From positions 1,530,001-1,562,000 of the forward strand of contig NZ_CP032551.1 in the NCBI RefSeq assembly GCF_009734345.1: 32,000 nucleotides of DNA, given 5' to 3'. Made by a program: the position numbers and the translations under genes. The stretch is from Pseudidiomarina andamanensis. GTDB lineage: Bacteria > Pseudomonadota > Gammaproteobacteria > Enterobacterales > Alteromonadaceae. The notes beneath the pieces were generated by a model. The model did no database searches. It was given only the letters and a program-made list of their open reading frames with translations, and had not been told where the DNA came from. Position 1 is the stretch's first letter. Every line of letters starts with the position of its first letter. This document shows, in pieces, positions 20,076 to 30,300 of the stretch.

Positions 20076-20415
20076 GTTTATCGCTATCGTCTTTCTTGGT
20101 TACTGCCGCATCGTCATGCTTCGGTGCATACGGGCGCTGCACTTGCTGTGCCGCCGCTTTTAACTCAGCGACAGAGCGCTGTAGCTCTGGCGGCAATTTA
20201 TCCATGTCTAGTTGTTCGGCTTGCTGCAAATGCTCATGCAATTCTTTAATGCGCAGCTCATGTTTAAGCTCATTCTGCACATTACTTGAGAATTCTCGAA
20301 CGCTTTTCACTGTGCGCTGCAAGGCACGCAACGCACCCGGCAACCGTTCTGGGCCCAACACGATTAAGCCCAAAATGGCAATCACGATGAGTTCCCAAAA
20401 GCCGATATCAAACAT
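20068..20415 (-). CDS. tatB: Twin-arginine translocase subunit TatB
   Basis: 115 aa. MFDIGFWELIVIAILGLIVLGPERLP is the TatB signature. The gene overlaps tatC by 8 nt. Confidence 0.9.
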   Translation of the reverse strand: MFDIGFWELIVIAILGLIVLGPERLPGALRALQRTVKSVREFSSNVQNELKHELRIKELHEHLQQAEQLDMDKLPPELQRSVAELKAAAQQVQRPYAPKHDDAAVTKKDDSDKHE

Positions 20416-20420
20416 GTGTA

Positions 20421-20633
20421 TTACTTATCTTTGTCTTGATCGGCAGCTTGCTGTTTTTGATCCAGCTGTTTTTTGTCTGCGTTATCGTCTGTCGGTTCAT
20501 CGCTAACAGATTTCTTGAACCCTTTTACTGCAGAGCCCAAATCAGACCCAATGTTGCGTAAACGCTTGGTGCCGAATAACAGCACCACAATCACTAAAAT
20601 AATCAGTAATTGCCAAAGACTTACTCCACCCAT
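20421..20633 (-). CDS. tatA: Twin-arginine translocase subunit TatA
   Basis: 70 aa. [33 protein letters not shown] is the TatA/E signature. Confidence 0.9.
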   Translation of the reverse strand: MGGVSLWQLLIILVIVVLLFGTKRLRNIGSDLGSAVKGFKKSVSDEPTDDNADKKQLDQKQQAADQDKDK

Positions 20634-20648
20634 GTCATGCCTCGTTTT

Positions 20649-22295
20649 CTATGATTTTGTTCGACGCCACAATACTGCGCCGCATAGCACAGCTGTTGCC
20701 GCAGTAGATGCAACCAGCCACAGCGGTTGCTCGGTTACATATAAAATTGTGGTACTAATAATCAAGCCACAGGTTACTGCGGCCCAGCCAATTTGACGGC
20801 TTTGTCGCTGCTGCGCATCACGCATCTGTGCTAACAGTTGCTGCTGCGCAAGCGCCTGCGGCCGGTGGCTTTTCAGGTAATCATAAAGCAAGGTTGGCAT
20901 TTCTGGCAGTTTTTCTGCCCAAAACGGTGCGTTTTCTTGTACCGAACGCACTACCGCCCGCCAACCGAGTTGTTCCTTCATCCATTTTTCTAAAAATGGT
21001 TTTGCGGTTTGCCACAAATCTAGCTGGGGATAAAGCGTGCGCCCTAAGCCTTCAACGTACAACAACGTTTTTTGCAGCAACACCAACTGCGGCTGCACTT
21101 CCATTTCAAAACGCCGAGCCGTATTGAATAAATTCACCAGCACATGACCGAAAGAAATATCCGCTAACGGCTTATTAAATATAGGTTCACAAACCGTGCG
21201 AATTGCCGACTCAAACTCTTCAACGTTGATGTGAGCTGGCACCCAGCCTGAATCCACATGCAACTCTGCTACTTTGCGGTAATCACGATTAAAAAACGCC
21301 AAGAAATTTTCAGCTAAATAACGTTTATCTTCGCGATTGAGCGTACCCACAATACCGAAATCAATACCGAGATAACTGGGATTATCCGGATTATCGCGCG
21401 ACACGAAAATGTTGCCCGGATGCATATCTGCATGGAAAAAGCTGTCACGGAAAACCTGCGTGAAAAACACCTCCACGCCGCGCTCGGCAAGAATCTTCAT
21501 ATTCACGCCCATCGCCATCAAGGTATCGACATCACTCACTGGAATACCGTCAATGCGTTCCATCACCATCACATTATGGCGACTATAATCGCTGTATACC
21601 GTTGGTATGTAGAGCAGTGGCGAGTTTTCGAAATTACGCTTCAACTGAATGGCATTACCGGCTTCGCGAAGTAAATCCAACTCATCCAGAAGCGTTTTAC
21701 GGTACTCTTTCACCACTTCTTTCGGCTTCAGCCGACGACCATCGGGCAAATGCCGAGCGAGTATGCCGGCTAGAGTTTCCATTAAACGCAAATCGGCATC
21801 AATGTCAGCGCGAATATCCGGACGAATCACTTTAATAACAACTTCAGCGCCCGCATCATCACCTTGCTTTAACCGCGCTGTATGCACCTGAGCAATCGAA
21901 GCTGATGCCAACGGCTGTACTGCAAAGTCATCAAATGCGTCATCAATGTGATTTAAGCCTAACGCTTTTTCGATAAGCTGTTGCGCTTGTTCACCAGGGA
22001 ACGCACGTACTTTGTCCTGTAACTTGGCTAATTCGTTGGCAATATCTGGAGGCAATAAATCGCGGCGTGTCGACAGCATCTGACCAAACTTAACCCACAC
22101 CGGCCCAAGTGATTCAAGCGCCAATCGCAATCGTTCCCCGGCAGGTTTTTGTTTGTGCTTATTGGGCATCCAAAACAGCCCATAGCGACCAATTCGTAAG
22201 CTCCAAGGTAACCAGTGCGCCGGAATAATCTCATCTAACCCGTAGGTTAAAAAGGTCTTCGCAATTTTATAGGCACGGCTAATGCGCTGACTCAC
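20649..22295 (-). CDS. ubiB: Ubiquinone biosynthesis regulatory protein kinase UbiB (ABC1/AarF family)
   Basis: 548 aa. [33 protein letters not shown] and two C-terminal TM helices are present. GTG start with AAGGGA upstream. The N-terminus appears colinear with E. coli UbiB as I recall it. Confidence 0.9.
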   Translation of the reverse strand: MSQRISRAYKIAKTFLTYGLDEIIPAHWLPWSLRIGRYGLFWMPNKHKQKPAGERLRLALESLGPVWVKFGQMLSTRRDLLPPDIANELAKLQDKVRAFPGEQAQQLIEKALGLNHIDDAFDDFAVQPLASASIAQVHTARLKQGDDAGAEVVIKVIRPDIRADIDADLRLMETLAGILARHLPDGRRLKPKEVVKEYRKTLLDELDLLREAGNAIQLKRNFENSPLLYIPTVYSDYSRHNVMVMERIDGIPVSDVDTLMAMGVNMKILAERGVEVFFTQVFRDSFFHADMHPGNIFVSRDNPDNPSYLGIDFGIVGTLNREDKRYLAENFLAFFNRDYRKVAELHVDSGWVPAHINVEEFESAIRTVCEPIFNKPLADISFGHVLVNLFNTARRFEMEVQPQLVLLQKTLLYVEGLGRTLYPQLDLWQTAKPFLEKWMKEQLGWRAVVRSVQENAPFWAEKLPEMPTLLYDYLKSHRPQALAQQQLLAQMRDAQQRQSRQIGWAAVTCGLIISTTILYVTEQPLWLVASTAATAVLCGAVLWRRTKS

Positions 22296-22297
22296 GA

Positions 22298-22918
22298 TTA
22301 GTTCCCTTTGTCACTTAATGGAAAATTGGTTTTAACATCACGCTCAATGCGATCAAGCTTGGCCCGCAATTGCTGCAGGTGTAATTTAAATTCTTCAAAT
22401 TCGCTGGTGCTCACTAACACACGTTTTTCTTCAATCAACACATCGCGAACCCAAGCTTGCTGATCAGCTAACGCTTGCTGAAGCCACTGTTTTCCGCGTA
22501 AGAAAGCTTGGCTGATAAAATGCGCAGGTACATCGCCTAAACGCAGCGCTAACTGTTCCTGCCAATCGATATCGAGTTCTACGAATAATTTACTAAATTG
22601 CTGCGCCAACATTGGGTCACCGTCGATATCGAGCGCATCCGCTTTGATTAAACGGGTGATATTAGCGGTGTCGCGCAATTCTGGCAGTACTGCGAGGCGC
22701 GTCATGATATGACAATCAACCGTGTCGGTATCCACCCAACTTAATACAACGCCGTCGGCTAACGCGGTGACGGTGAATGGCTTACCCAACTCATGCAGGG
22801 TCACACGAACACGTTTGTCGGCGAGTTTGCGCAGTCGCTCTGGCGATTGCGCATCTAAACTGAGTAGATGATTCGCAAAAGCTTCCGCCGCACCTGTCGG
22901 AAAGACCGTCCACAACAT
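22298..22918 (-). CDS. ubiJ: Ubiquinone biosynthesis accessory factor UbiJ (SCP2 domain, YigP)
   Basis: 206 aa, located between ubiE and ubiB. The SCP2-like region (VLPELRD....[18 protein letters not shown]) parallels E. coli UbiJ. Confidence 0.8.
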   Translation of the reverse strand: MLWTVFPTGAAEAFANHLLSLDAQSPERLRKLADKRVRVTLHELGKPFTVTALADGVVLSWVDTDTVDCHIMTRLAVLPELRDTANITRLIKADALDIDGDPMLAQQFSKLFVELDIDWQEQLALRLGDVPAHFISQAFLRGKQWLQQALADQQAWVRDVLIEEKRVLVSTSEFEEFKLHLQQLRAKLDRIERDVKTNFPLSDKGN

Positions 22919-23673
22919 CAGAATTTAAACCCGCGGTGCATCGCCACAATACCACCGGTCAAATTGTCATAGGTGACTTGGTCATAGCCGGCTTTTTCCA
23001 TCATCCCTTTCAGTGTTTCTTGGTCAGGATGCATGCGAATTGATTCCGCGAGGTATTGATAACTGTCGGCATCACCTGCAACGAGTTGTCCCATTTTCGG
23101 CAATACATTAAACGAATAAAAATCGTAAGCTTGATTCAACAAAGGTTGCACCGGCTTCGAAAATTCAAGCACTAACAAACGTCCGCCTGGCTTCAACACG
23201 CGAAACATCGATTCCAGAGCTTTTTGCTTGTCGGTGACGTTACGCAAACCAAAGGCGATGGTGATAATGTCGAAGCTATCATCAGCAAACGGCAACTCTT
23301 CAGCGTTCGCCTGCACATAGCGTACATTGCCAACAATGCCGCGGTTGCGAAGTTTATCGCGCCCCACTTCGAGCATCGCATCGTTAATATCGGCTAATAC
23401 AACTTCGCCAGTTGGCCCTACACGACGCGAAAATTGCGCGGTTAGGTCACCCGTACCGCCCGCAATATCAAGTACTTTCATGCCAGTGCGAACACCACTG
23501 CAATCAATGGTGTAGCGCTTCCATAAGCGATGAATGCCAAACGACATCAGATCGTTCATCACATCGTATTTCTGCGCCACGGAATTAAACACATTGGCGA
23601 CTAAACTTTGCTTTTCGGTTTTCGCGACTTGTTTATAACCAAAGTCGATAGTGTCTTGATTCGATTCTTTCAT
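22918..23673 (-). CDS. ubiE: Demethylmenaquinone/ubiquinone C-methyltransferase
   Basis: 251 aa. [17 protein letters not shown] and the SAM motif [11 protein letters not shown] are present. The stop overlaps the ubiJ start (TGATG). Confidence 0.95.
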   Translation of the reverse strand: MKESNQDTIDFGYKQVAKTEKQSLVANVFNSVAQKYDVMNDLMSFGIHRLWKRYTIDCSGVRTGMKVLDIAGGTGDLTAQFSRRVGPTGEVVLADINDAMLEVGRDKLRNRGIVGNVRYVQANAEELPFADDSFDIITIAFGLRNVTDKQKALESMFRVLKPGGRLLVLEFSKPVQPLLNQAYDFYSFNVLPKMGQLVAGDADSYQYLAESIRMHPDQETLKGMMEKAGYDQVTYDNLTGGIVAMHRGFKF

Positions 23674-23715
23674 GTTTAAACCTTTTTCAGCATCTGCCGC
23701 TAGTGTACTACGAAA

Positions 23716-25797
23716 TCAAGCCTGGGCGTAGTGATCACGTCGTGGTAACCAGCGTTGGATCAATGCATCGGCTGTTTGTGGGTAGCGTTCCCAAATTGTG
23801 TGCGCAAGTTGCTGTACTTGATCAATTAAATGACTATGTTTGACCAAGTCAGCCACTTTCATTTCTGTTAAACCTGTTTGCTTTTGCCCCAGCAATTCGC
23901 CCGGGCCACGAAGCTCTAAATCACGCTGTGCAATGACAAAACCGTCACTGCTATCGCGCAATACGGCCAACCTTTTCGTCGCCGTTTTTGACAGCGGTGC
24001 ATGATAAAGCAAGACGCAATGACTTGCGGCAGCACCGCGACCAACACGACCGCGCAACTGGTGCAATTGAGCCAAGCCGAGCCGCTCAGGGTTCTCTATA
24101 ATCATTAAGCTCGCATTTGGCACATCAACCCCCACTTCAATGACAGTTGTGGCAACCAGTAAATCGAGTTCATGCGCTTTAAATGCCGCCATCACGGCTT
24201 CTTTCTCTTGGCTTTTCAACCGACCGTGAACCAAACCAATACGCAAGTTCGGTAACGCTTCTTGTAATTGCGTCGCCGTATCTTCCGCAGCTTGGCACTG
24301 CAGCGCCTCTGATTCTTCAATCAACGTACATACCCAATACGCTTGTCGGCCCTGTTCGGTGCACACTTGATGCACGCGCTCAATCACCTGGTCGCGACGC
24401 GTATCAGGAATTGCGACGGTGGTAACTGGGGTGCGCCCTGGTGGTAGCTCGTCAATAATCGATGTTGCTAAGTCGGCATAGGCCGTCATGGCTAACGTTC
24501 TCGGAATTGGCGTTGCTGTCATGATCAGTTGGTGTGGTTGATACCCTTGTACAACACCTTTTTGGCGCAATTCTAAACGTTGGTGCACCCCAAAACGGTG
24601 CTGTTCATCAATAATCACCAGCGCTAAGTTGTGGTAATTCACATCGGCCTGAAAGAGTGCATGCGTACCAACAATAAACTGCACCTCACCGCTGGCGATG
24701 ACTGCGAGGTTTTCTTGGCGTTCTTTCGTCTTTTGTTTGCCGGCAAGCCAACCCACACGCACACCTAAGGGTTCGAGCCACTGCCGAAAGGTCAGCGCAT
24801 GTTGCTCAGCGAGAATTTCGGTTGGCGCCATCAACGCAACTTGATAGCCCTGCCCGATAGCCGTTAATGCGGCCAGAGCTGCTACCAAGGTTTTACCCGA
24901 ACCAACATCGCCTTGCACAAGTCGCATCATCGGAAAATTGAGTGCTAAATCGTGCTGAATTTCTTGTACGACGCGCTGTTGCGCCCCGGTTGGCTTAAAT
25001 GGAAGTTGCGCCAGAAATTCTTGTTCAAGCTCGGTGTTCACTTGCAATGATCGAGCCTGATGCGCCTGTTTTACGGCACGTAATTTCAACAGGCTCAACT
25101 GATGTGCCAATAATTCTTCAGCAGCTAGGCGTGTTTGAGCGGGATGAGTACCTTCGGTGAGTTGTTGCAAGCTGACATCAAGCGGTGGCCGATGCAATGT
25201 CTGCAGGGCTTGCGCTAAGCTAATGCCGCCCGGACGTAATTGCTCTGGCAGCAATTCAGGTAAAGCTTGCTCATTTAAGTAAGTGAGCGCTTGTTCACTT
25301 ATTTTTCGCAGCGTTGCTTGCTGCACCCCTTCAGTCGCGGGATAAACTGGCGTTAAAGCCTCTTCGCCAAGCTGCGGCGCAGCACCTTCTAGGATTTTAT
25401 ATTCGGGATGAATCATGTCTGGGCCGTTAATGCCACGTCGTACTTCACCGAATAATTGTAATTGTGTGCCTTGCGCAAACTGTTTCAGTTGCGCGGCTGA
25501 GAATTGAAAAAATACCAAGTTTAGAACGCCGCTCGCGTCACGTACTCGCACCTTGAGCATACGTCGTCGCCCATAGGCCACTTCAGCTTTTACCACCTCA
25601 GCAATCACCGTAGCACTGGTACCAGCCTGTAATGCCGCAATGGGATAGATTCGCGAGCGATCTTCATAGCGCAAAGGTAAATGCAATAAAACGTCCTGCA
25701 CGTTCACCAAACCAAGCTTCTCAAGCTTTGCTTGGAGCTTTGGTCCCACGCCTTTTAGCGCGCTTAATGGAATTCGATGCAGGCCGTCTGAAGTCAT
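23716..25797 (-). CDS. recG: ATP-dependent DNA helicase RecG
   Basis: 693 aa with a wedge domain, Walker A (GDVGSGKT), DEQHRFG and QLHQLRGRVGRG. The start overlaps the trmH stop (ATGA). Confidence 0.95.
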   Translation of the reverse strand: MTSDGLHRIPLSALKGVGPKLQAKLEKLGLVNVQDVLLHLPLRYEDRSRIYPIAALQAGTSATVIAEVVKAEVAYGRRRMLKVRVRDASGVLNLVFFQFSAAQLKQFAQGTQLQLFGEVRRGINGPDMIHPEYKILEGAAPQLGEEALTPVYPATEGVQQATLRKISEQALTYLNEQALPELLPEQLRPGGISLAQALQTLHRPPLDVSLQQLTEGTHPAQTRLAAEELLAHQLSLLKLRAVKQAHQARSLQVNTELEQEFLAQLPFKPTGAQQRVVQEIQHDLALNFPMMRLVQGDVGSGKTLVAALAALTAIGQGYQVALMAPTEILAEQHALTFRQWLEPLGVRVGWLAGKQKTKERQENLAVIASGEVQFIVGTHALFQADVNYHNLALVIIDEQHRFGVHQRLELRQKGVVQGYQPHQLIMTATPIPRTLAMTAYADLATSIIDELPPGRTPVTTVAIPDTRRDQVIERVHQVCTEQGRQAYWVCTLIEESEALQCQAAEDTATQLQEALPNLRIGLVHGRLKSQEKEAVMAAFKAHELDLLVATTVIEVGVDVPNASLMIIENPERLGLAQLHQLRGRVGRGAAASHCVLLYHAPLSKTATKRLAVLRDSSDGFVIAQRDLELRGPGELLGQKQTGLTEMKVADLVKHSHLIDQVQQLAHTIWERYPQTADALIQRWLPRRDHYAQA

Positions 25798-26480
25798 CGC
25801 TTAGCACTCCGAATCTGTTGCCACCAAGCTTCATCGGCAGCTATTTGACCTTGCTCATCAAGCTGTGGATAGGGAATATCATTGAGTCGACAAAGTCGCG
25901 CAAAAATCGGATGCCCGCCTTCAAATAACACACGCTGCCGCTCAGCTTCTGGTAGTGTTGGCCGTTGATAGCACCCTGCAGCTTCACGTTGGCGCTGCGC
26001 TTCATACATAATCACGGCAGCTGCAACCGATACATTGAGTGACTCAGCCATACCAACCATCGGAATAATAATTTGATGGTCAGCCGCAGCGATAGCTTCA
26101 GGTGTGACGCCACGGCGTTCTTGTCCTAAGATAATCGCCGTGGGTTTGGTATAATCTATGGTTCGAAAATCAACAGCTTGATCAGACAAATTGGTAACCA
26201 GAATTTGTTTGCCCTCATTACGCAACTGATCAATGGCCGGCTGCAAGCCATCATGATGATTAACCTTCACCCACTTTTCGCTGCCGACAGCGGCGCCACG
26301 TGTCATTCGAAAATGGCGCTCGTACCAAATAGCGTGTACTTCATGCACACCAACGGCATCGGCAGTGCGAACTAAAGCAGCTAAATTATGATTTTTATGG
26401 ACACTCTCCAAACACAACGTAAGATCAGGTTGACGCTGGTCTAACAGTTGCGAAATACGTGCGAAGCGCTCCGGCGACAT
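25794..26480 (-). CDS. trmH: tRNA (guanosine18-2'-O)-methyltransferase (SpoU/TrmH family)
   Basis: SpoU motifs NLAALVRTADAVG, ILGQERRGV and IPMVGMAESLNVSVAAAV are present, in the conserved position upstream of recG. I place the start at the ATG at 26480 (MSPERF...). The ORF-track start at 26492 is a TTG four codons upstream. Confidence 0.85.
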   Translation of the reverse strand: MSPERFARISQLLDQRQPDLTLCLESVHKNHNLAALVRTADAVGVHEVHAIWYERHFRMTRGAAVGSEKWVKVNHHDGLQPAIDQLRNEGKQILVTNLSDQAVDFRTIDYTKPTAIILGQERRGVTPEAIAAADHQIIIPMVGMAESLNVSVAAAVIMYEAQRQREAAGCYQRPTLPEAERQRVLFEGGHPIFARLCRLNDIPYPQLDEQGQIAADEAWWQQIRSAKR

Positions 26481-26528
26481 GATGATTTCCAACTATTTTT
26501 TATTTAAAACTGAGGCAAGTATAACGGC

Positions 26529-27167
26529 ATGCGAGAGTTATCCATAGTATTTCGCCATCCTGATTTTTATGTTCTGGACAAGCCCGCCGGTGCACCAATG
26601 CATGCCAACGATAACGAGCTCAGTGTGGTGCATCAACTGAGCAAGCAGCTTGGTGAACCATTATGGCCGGTGCATCGCTTAGACACCCCAACATCCGGCG
26701 CCTTGTTAGTTGCTCGTCATCATGACGCAGCTGCTGCACTAAGTGGCCTGTTCGCTCACCGCGAAATGCAAAAATACTATCTTGCAATTAGCGCCGGCAA
26801 GCCAAAGAAAAAGCAGGGATTAATTAGCGGTGATATGCAAAAGGTTCGCCGCGGTAATTGGCGTTTACTTCATAGCCAAGAAAATCCAGCCCAAACCCGT
26901 TTTATCAGTCACTCACTTAAACCAGGCTATCGCTTTTATGTGCTGAAACCGATCACTGGGCGTACTCATCAGCTACGTGTTGCCCTAAAAAGCCTAGGCG
27001 TGCCTATTTGCGGCGATGAACGTTACGGCGGCGAAGTTGCTGAGCATCTTCATTTACATGCTTGGAAGTTACACTTTCACTATGCCGGCGAGACATTTAA
27101 TATCACCGTTCCGTGGCCAAGCTACGAACATTTCGCTGACTTACCTGCCGATATCGAGATATTCTGA
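26529..27167 (+). CDS. RluA-family pseudouridine synthase (short, no S4 domain)
   Basis: 212 aa with FYVLDKPAG, the catalytic HRLDTPTSGALLVAR motif and GRTHQLRV. Confidence 0.8.
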   Translation: MRELSIVFRHPDFYVLDKPAGAPMHANDNELSVVHQLSKQLGEPLWPVHRLDTPTSGALLVARHHDAAAALSGLFAHREMQKYYLAISAGKPKKKQGLISGDMQKVRRGNWRLLHSQENPAQTRFISHSLKPGYRFYVLKPITGRTHQLRVALKSLGVPICGDERYGGEVAEHLHLHAWKLHFHYAGETFNITVPWPSYEHFADLPADIEIF

Positions 27168-27266
27168 TTAATTCACACGCTGTACGACCATAGTTGCGCT
27201 TGGCAATACAACCATAAAAGCGGCATACTCATTTCACGTTTGTTTTTTAACCCAAAGGTAGTTGCC

Positions 27267-28559
27267 ATGAAACACAGTCTCTTAAATTTAGCGCTCATTA
27301 CAGCGCTTGGTTCTTTCGCTGGTGCAGCAGAAGCCCAACAACCAGTGCAAATTGGTGCCGATCTCGAACAGAAAGTCATCGAGTGGCGTCGCGACTTGCA
27401 CCAACATCCAGAATTAAGTAATCGCGAATTTCGCACTGCTAAAGTCATCACTGAACACCTGAAGACGCTTGGCTTAGAAGTACAAACCGGCGTTGCTCAT
27501 ACCGGTGTTGTTGGCTTACTTAAAGGTGCCAAGCCTGGCCCTACTATTGCACTACGCGCCGATATGGATGCATTACCGGTCACCGAGTTAACCGACGTGC
27601 CGTTTGCTTCAAAAGCAATTTCTGAGTACCGCGGTAAAGAAGTTGGCGTGATGCATGCGTGTGGTCATGACTTGCACGTGGCGATGTTGATGGGCGCCGC
27701 TGAAAAACTAACGGCGATGCGCGACCAACTTGCAGGCAACGTCGTCTTTATCTTCCAGCCGGCTGAAGAGGGAGCACCTGCAGGTGAAGAGGGCGGTGCA
27801 GAACTGATGCTCAAAGAAGGCCTATTCAAGCAATACCAGCCAGAAGCGGTGTTTGGTATTCACGTTTGGTCAGCCGGAAATACCGGAGAAATCGGTTATC
27901 GTGAAGGGCCTCTAATGGCTTCATCAGACCGTTTCGAAATTAATGTGAAAGGTCGCCAAACTCACGGTTCACGCCCATGGGGCGGGGTTGATCCGATTGT
28001 TGCTGCAGGCCAAATTATCAGTAACACCCAAAGCATTGTGTCTCGCCAAGTGGATATCACGAAAGCGCCAGCGGTTGTGAGTTTTGGCATTGTTGAAGGC
28101 GGTGTGCGCAACAACATCATTCCTGACGAAGTTTACTTAGAAGGTACGATTCGCAACTTTGATATGGATAACCGCGCGCAAATTTTTGAGAACTTGAAAG
28201 CCACCGCAGAGCATACTGCGAAAGCCAGTGGCGCTGAAGCCCATGTACATATTGACGAGGGTTATCCTGTCACCATCAATGATCCTGAACTGACCCGCAA
28301 AATGCTACCAACCATGCAACGCGTTGCTGGAACCGACAATGTGAAAGTGAATGCGTTAGTAACCGGCGCTGAAGACTTCTCGTTCTATGCGTTGGAAGTA
28401 CCTGGATTATTCGTGTTCCTAGGGATTACTCCTGAGGGACAAGATCCAGCGGAAGCACCAAGCAACCACTCACCGTATTTCTATGCTGACGAAGATGCAT
28501 TGAAAACGGGCACCGAGCTTTATGTGAACTGGGTGTTCGATTACGCCAAACTCAAGTAA
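27267..28559 (+). CDS. M20D-family amidohydrolase (aminoacylase/hippurate-hydrolase-like) with an N-terminal signal peptide
   Basis: The signal peptide is MKHSLLNLALITALGSFAGAAEA/QQ. M20D motifs RRDLHQHPELS, ALRADMDALP, MHACGHD, FQPAEEG and HG are present. I place the start at the ATG at 27267 (AAAGG 8 nt upstream). The ORF-track start is a TTG at 27240. Confidence 0.8.
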   Translation: MKHSLLNLALITALGSFAGAAEAQQPVQIGADLEQKVIEWRRDLHQHPELSNREFRTAKVITEHLKTLGLEVQTGVAHTGVVGLLKGAKPGPTIALRADMDALPVTELTDVPFASKAISEYRGKEVGVMHACGHDLHVAMLMGAAEKLTAMRDQLAGNVVFIFQPAEEGAPAGEEGGAELMLKEGLFKQYQPEAVFGIHVWSAGNTGEIGYREGPLMASSDRFEINVKGRQTHGSRPWGGVDPIVAAGQIISNTQSIVSRQVDITKAPAVVSFGIVEGGVRNNIIPDEVYLEGTIRNFDMDNRAQIFENLKATAEHTAKASGAEAHVHIDEGYPVTINDPELTRKMLPTMQRVAGTDNVKVNALVTGAEDFSFYALEVPGLFVFLGITPEGQDPAEAPSNHSPYFYADEDALKTGTELYVNWVFDYAKLK

Positions 28560-28576
28560 CTTCTCTGAACAAGAAT

Positions 28577-28605
28577 AAAAAAGGCCCAAATTATTGGGCC
28601 TTTTT
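28577..28605. terminator. Bidirectional intrinsic terminator between the convergent M20 amidohydrolase and acyl-CoA ligase genes
   Basis: AAAAAA, stem GGCCCAA (28583-28589), loop ATTA, stem TTGGGCC (28594-28600), then TTTTT. Confidence 0.85.
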
Positions 28606-28621
28606 CGTTTTCGCTTTGCGA

Positions 28622-30271
28622 CTACTGTGATTTCAGCATCTCGCGTATCACCTTCTTATCGATTTTACCGACGCTGGTTCGAGGAATTTCCTCCACCACT
28701 TTCACCGTATCTGGCACGTACCACTTCTCAATCAGACCTTCATCGATATATTGCTGCATGTGCGCAACGACCGCTTCGCGATCTACTTTGGTACCAGCTC
28801 GTGCGGTGACAATGGCATGCGGACGCTCGCCCCACTCATCATCAGGCAAGCCAATCACTGCTGCCAACTCGATATCTGGATGCTTACTGATTAAGTTTTC
28901 AATATCGAGCGAAGATACCCACTCCCCACCTGTTTTAATCACATCTTTGATACGATCACGAATTTGTAGGGTGTAGGTGCTATCGATAGTGCCGACGTCG
29001 CCGGTATGCATCCACCCATTTTCCCATAGCTCTTGGCTTTTCTCTGGCTCATTTAAATAACCCTGCGTGAGCCACGGTGTGCGCACCACCACTTCGCCCA
29101 TCGCCTCGCCATCATGCGGCAAGAAGCGACCTTTACTATCAATAATGCGCATATTCACAAACGGTACCGGACGACCTGTTTTAATTCGTTCAGCGACTTG
29201 TTGATCATGGCTAAACTCAGCGGCATTCAACGGCATCCATGTGGTGCTTAACAGCGGGCAGGTTTCGGACATGCCGTAGCCAGTATAAATCTCGATACCT
29301 CGCTCTAATGCGGCACTCGCGAGACCAGCTGTTAATGCGCTGCCGCCAATAAGGACTTGCCAGCCGCTAAAATCAATAGCCTTCGCTTTTTCACTACTCA
29401 GCACCATTTGTAAAATAGTTGGTACACAGTGAGAAAACGTCACTTTTTCGGTCATAAATAACTTCAACAAGGTTGCCGGTTCGTAACGACCTGGGTATAC
29501 CTGCTTTAAGCCCATCATCGTTGCCACATATGGCACACCCCATGCGTGCACATGGAACATCGGCGTGATAGGCATGTACACGCTTGATGCTTGCATCAAC
29601 TGCATGTTGTCATTCATCGAGGTGGTCGCTGCCAGCGCCATGGTATGCAGCACGAGTTGTCGGTGTGAGAAATAGACGCCTTTGGGGTTGCCAGTGGTTC
29701 CCGTGGTATAGAACGTGGTGGCAATCGCATTTTCATCAAAATCGGGAAAATCGAAATCTGGTAATGCGCCGCGCATCAAATCTTCGTATTCACCTTCAGT
29801 ACTCAACGGTGATTCTGGTGGCGTGTCTGAATCGCTCAATTGAATATACTTTTCAACCGTCATTAACTCGTGTTTCACTTTCGCCAAGAGCGGTAGAAAA
29901 TCATCGTGAGCCAACACCACTTTGTCTTCAGCATGGTTCATGGTGTAGACAATTTGCTCGGGCGCCAATCGCACGTTGACGGTGTGTAACACAGCGCCAA
30001 TCATTGGAATGGCAAAGAAACACTCAAGGTAACGTGGCGTATCCCAATCGAGAACCGCCACCACATCACCGGCCTTTACGCCGGCTTCGGTTAAAACGTT
30101 CGCAAGCCGGCAAACTCGTTCATTAAACTCTTGATAGCTGTAGCGTTTGCCATTGTTACCACCCACAATTTCATTATCGCCCGCATAGCGTTGGCTTGAG
30201 AGCAGTAACTGCTTAATGAGTAGAGGATATTGATATGCCTCTTCAGTTGGTTTCAGTAATTTTACCGGCAT
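28622..30271 (-). CDS. Long-chain fatty-acid--CoA ligase (AMP-forming adenylating enzyme)
   Basis: AMP-binding motif YTTGTTGNPKGVYFSH, plus GYGMSE, TGD and the C-terminal PRTSVGKIDKK. AVLHTVNVRL..EQIVYTMNHAEDKV resembles Thermus LC-FACS-type ligases. I place the start at the ATG at 30271 (AAGGA 6 nt upstream). The ORF-track GTG at 30307 adds 12 unsupported codons. Confidence 0.85.
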   Translation of the reverse strand: MPVKLLKPTEEAYQYPLLIKQLLLSSQRYAGDNEIVGGNNGKRYSYQEFNERVCRLANVLTEAGVKAGDVVAVLDWDTPRYLECFFAIPMIGAVLHTVNVRLAPEQIVYTMNHAEDKVVLAHDDFLPLLAKVKHELMTVEKYIQLSDSDTPPESPLSTEGEYEDLMRGALPDFDFPDFDENAIATTFYTTGTTGNPKGVYFSHRQLVLHTMALAATTSMNDNMQLMQASSVYMPITPMFHVHAWGVPYVATMMGLKQVYPGRYEPATLLKLFMTEKVTFSHCVPTILQMVLSSEKAKAIDFSGWQVLIGGSALTAGLASAALERGIEIYTGYGMSETCPLLSTTWMPLNAAEFSHDQQVAERIKTGRPVPFVNMRIIDSKGRFLPHDGEAMGEVVVRTPWLTQGYLNEPEKSQELWENGWMHTGDVGTIDSTYTLQIRDRIKDVIKTGGEWVSSLDIENLISKHPDIELAAVIGLPDDEWGERPHAIVTARAGTKVDREAVVAHMQQYIDEGLIEKWYVPDTVKVVEEIPRTSVGKIDKKVIREMLKSQ

Positions 30272-30300
30272 AATGATTCCTTGTTGTTCTGTATTTTTTG

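Noticed and set aside
20060-20506. 148-aa plus-strand ORF antisense to tatB/tatA, rich in Cys and Ser
   Set aside because: It is a shadow ORF of highly conserved tat genes. Its composition (runs of C/S/A) is typical of the reverse frame of Ala/Glu/Gln-rich coding sequence.
26481-26492. N-terminal extensions from non-ATG starts in the ORF track: trmH TTG at 26492, M20 TTG at 27240, GNAT-CN TTG at 31851, kinase GTG at 2684 and the small membrane protein ATG at 250
   Set aside because: In each case a downstream ATG has a properly spaced SD and yields an N-terminus that fits the family or signal peptide. The TTG of the PnuC-family gene and the GTGs of ubiB and ubiD were kept because no better alternative exists.
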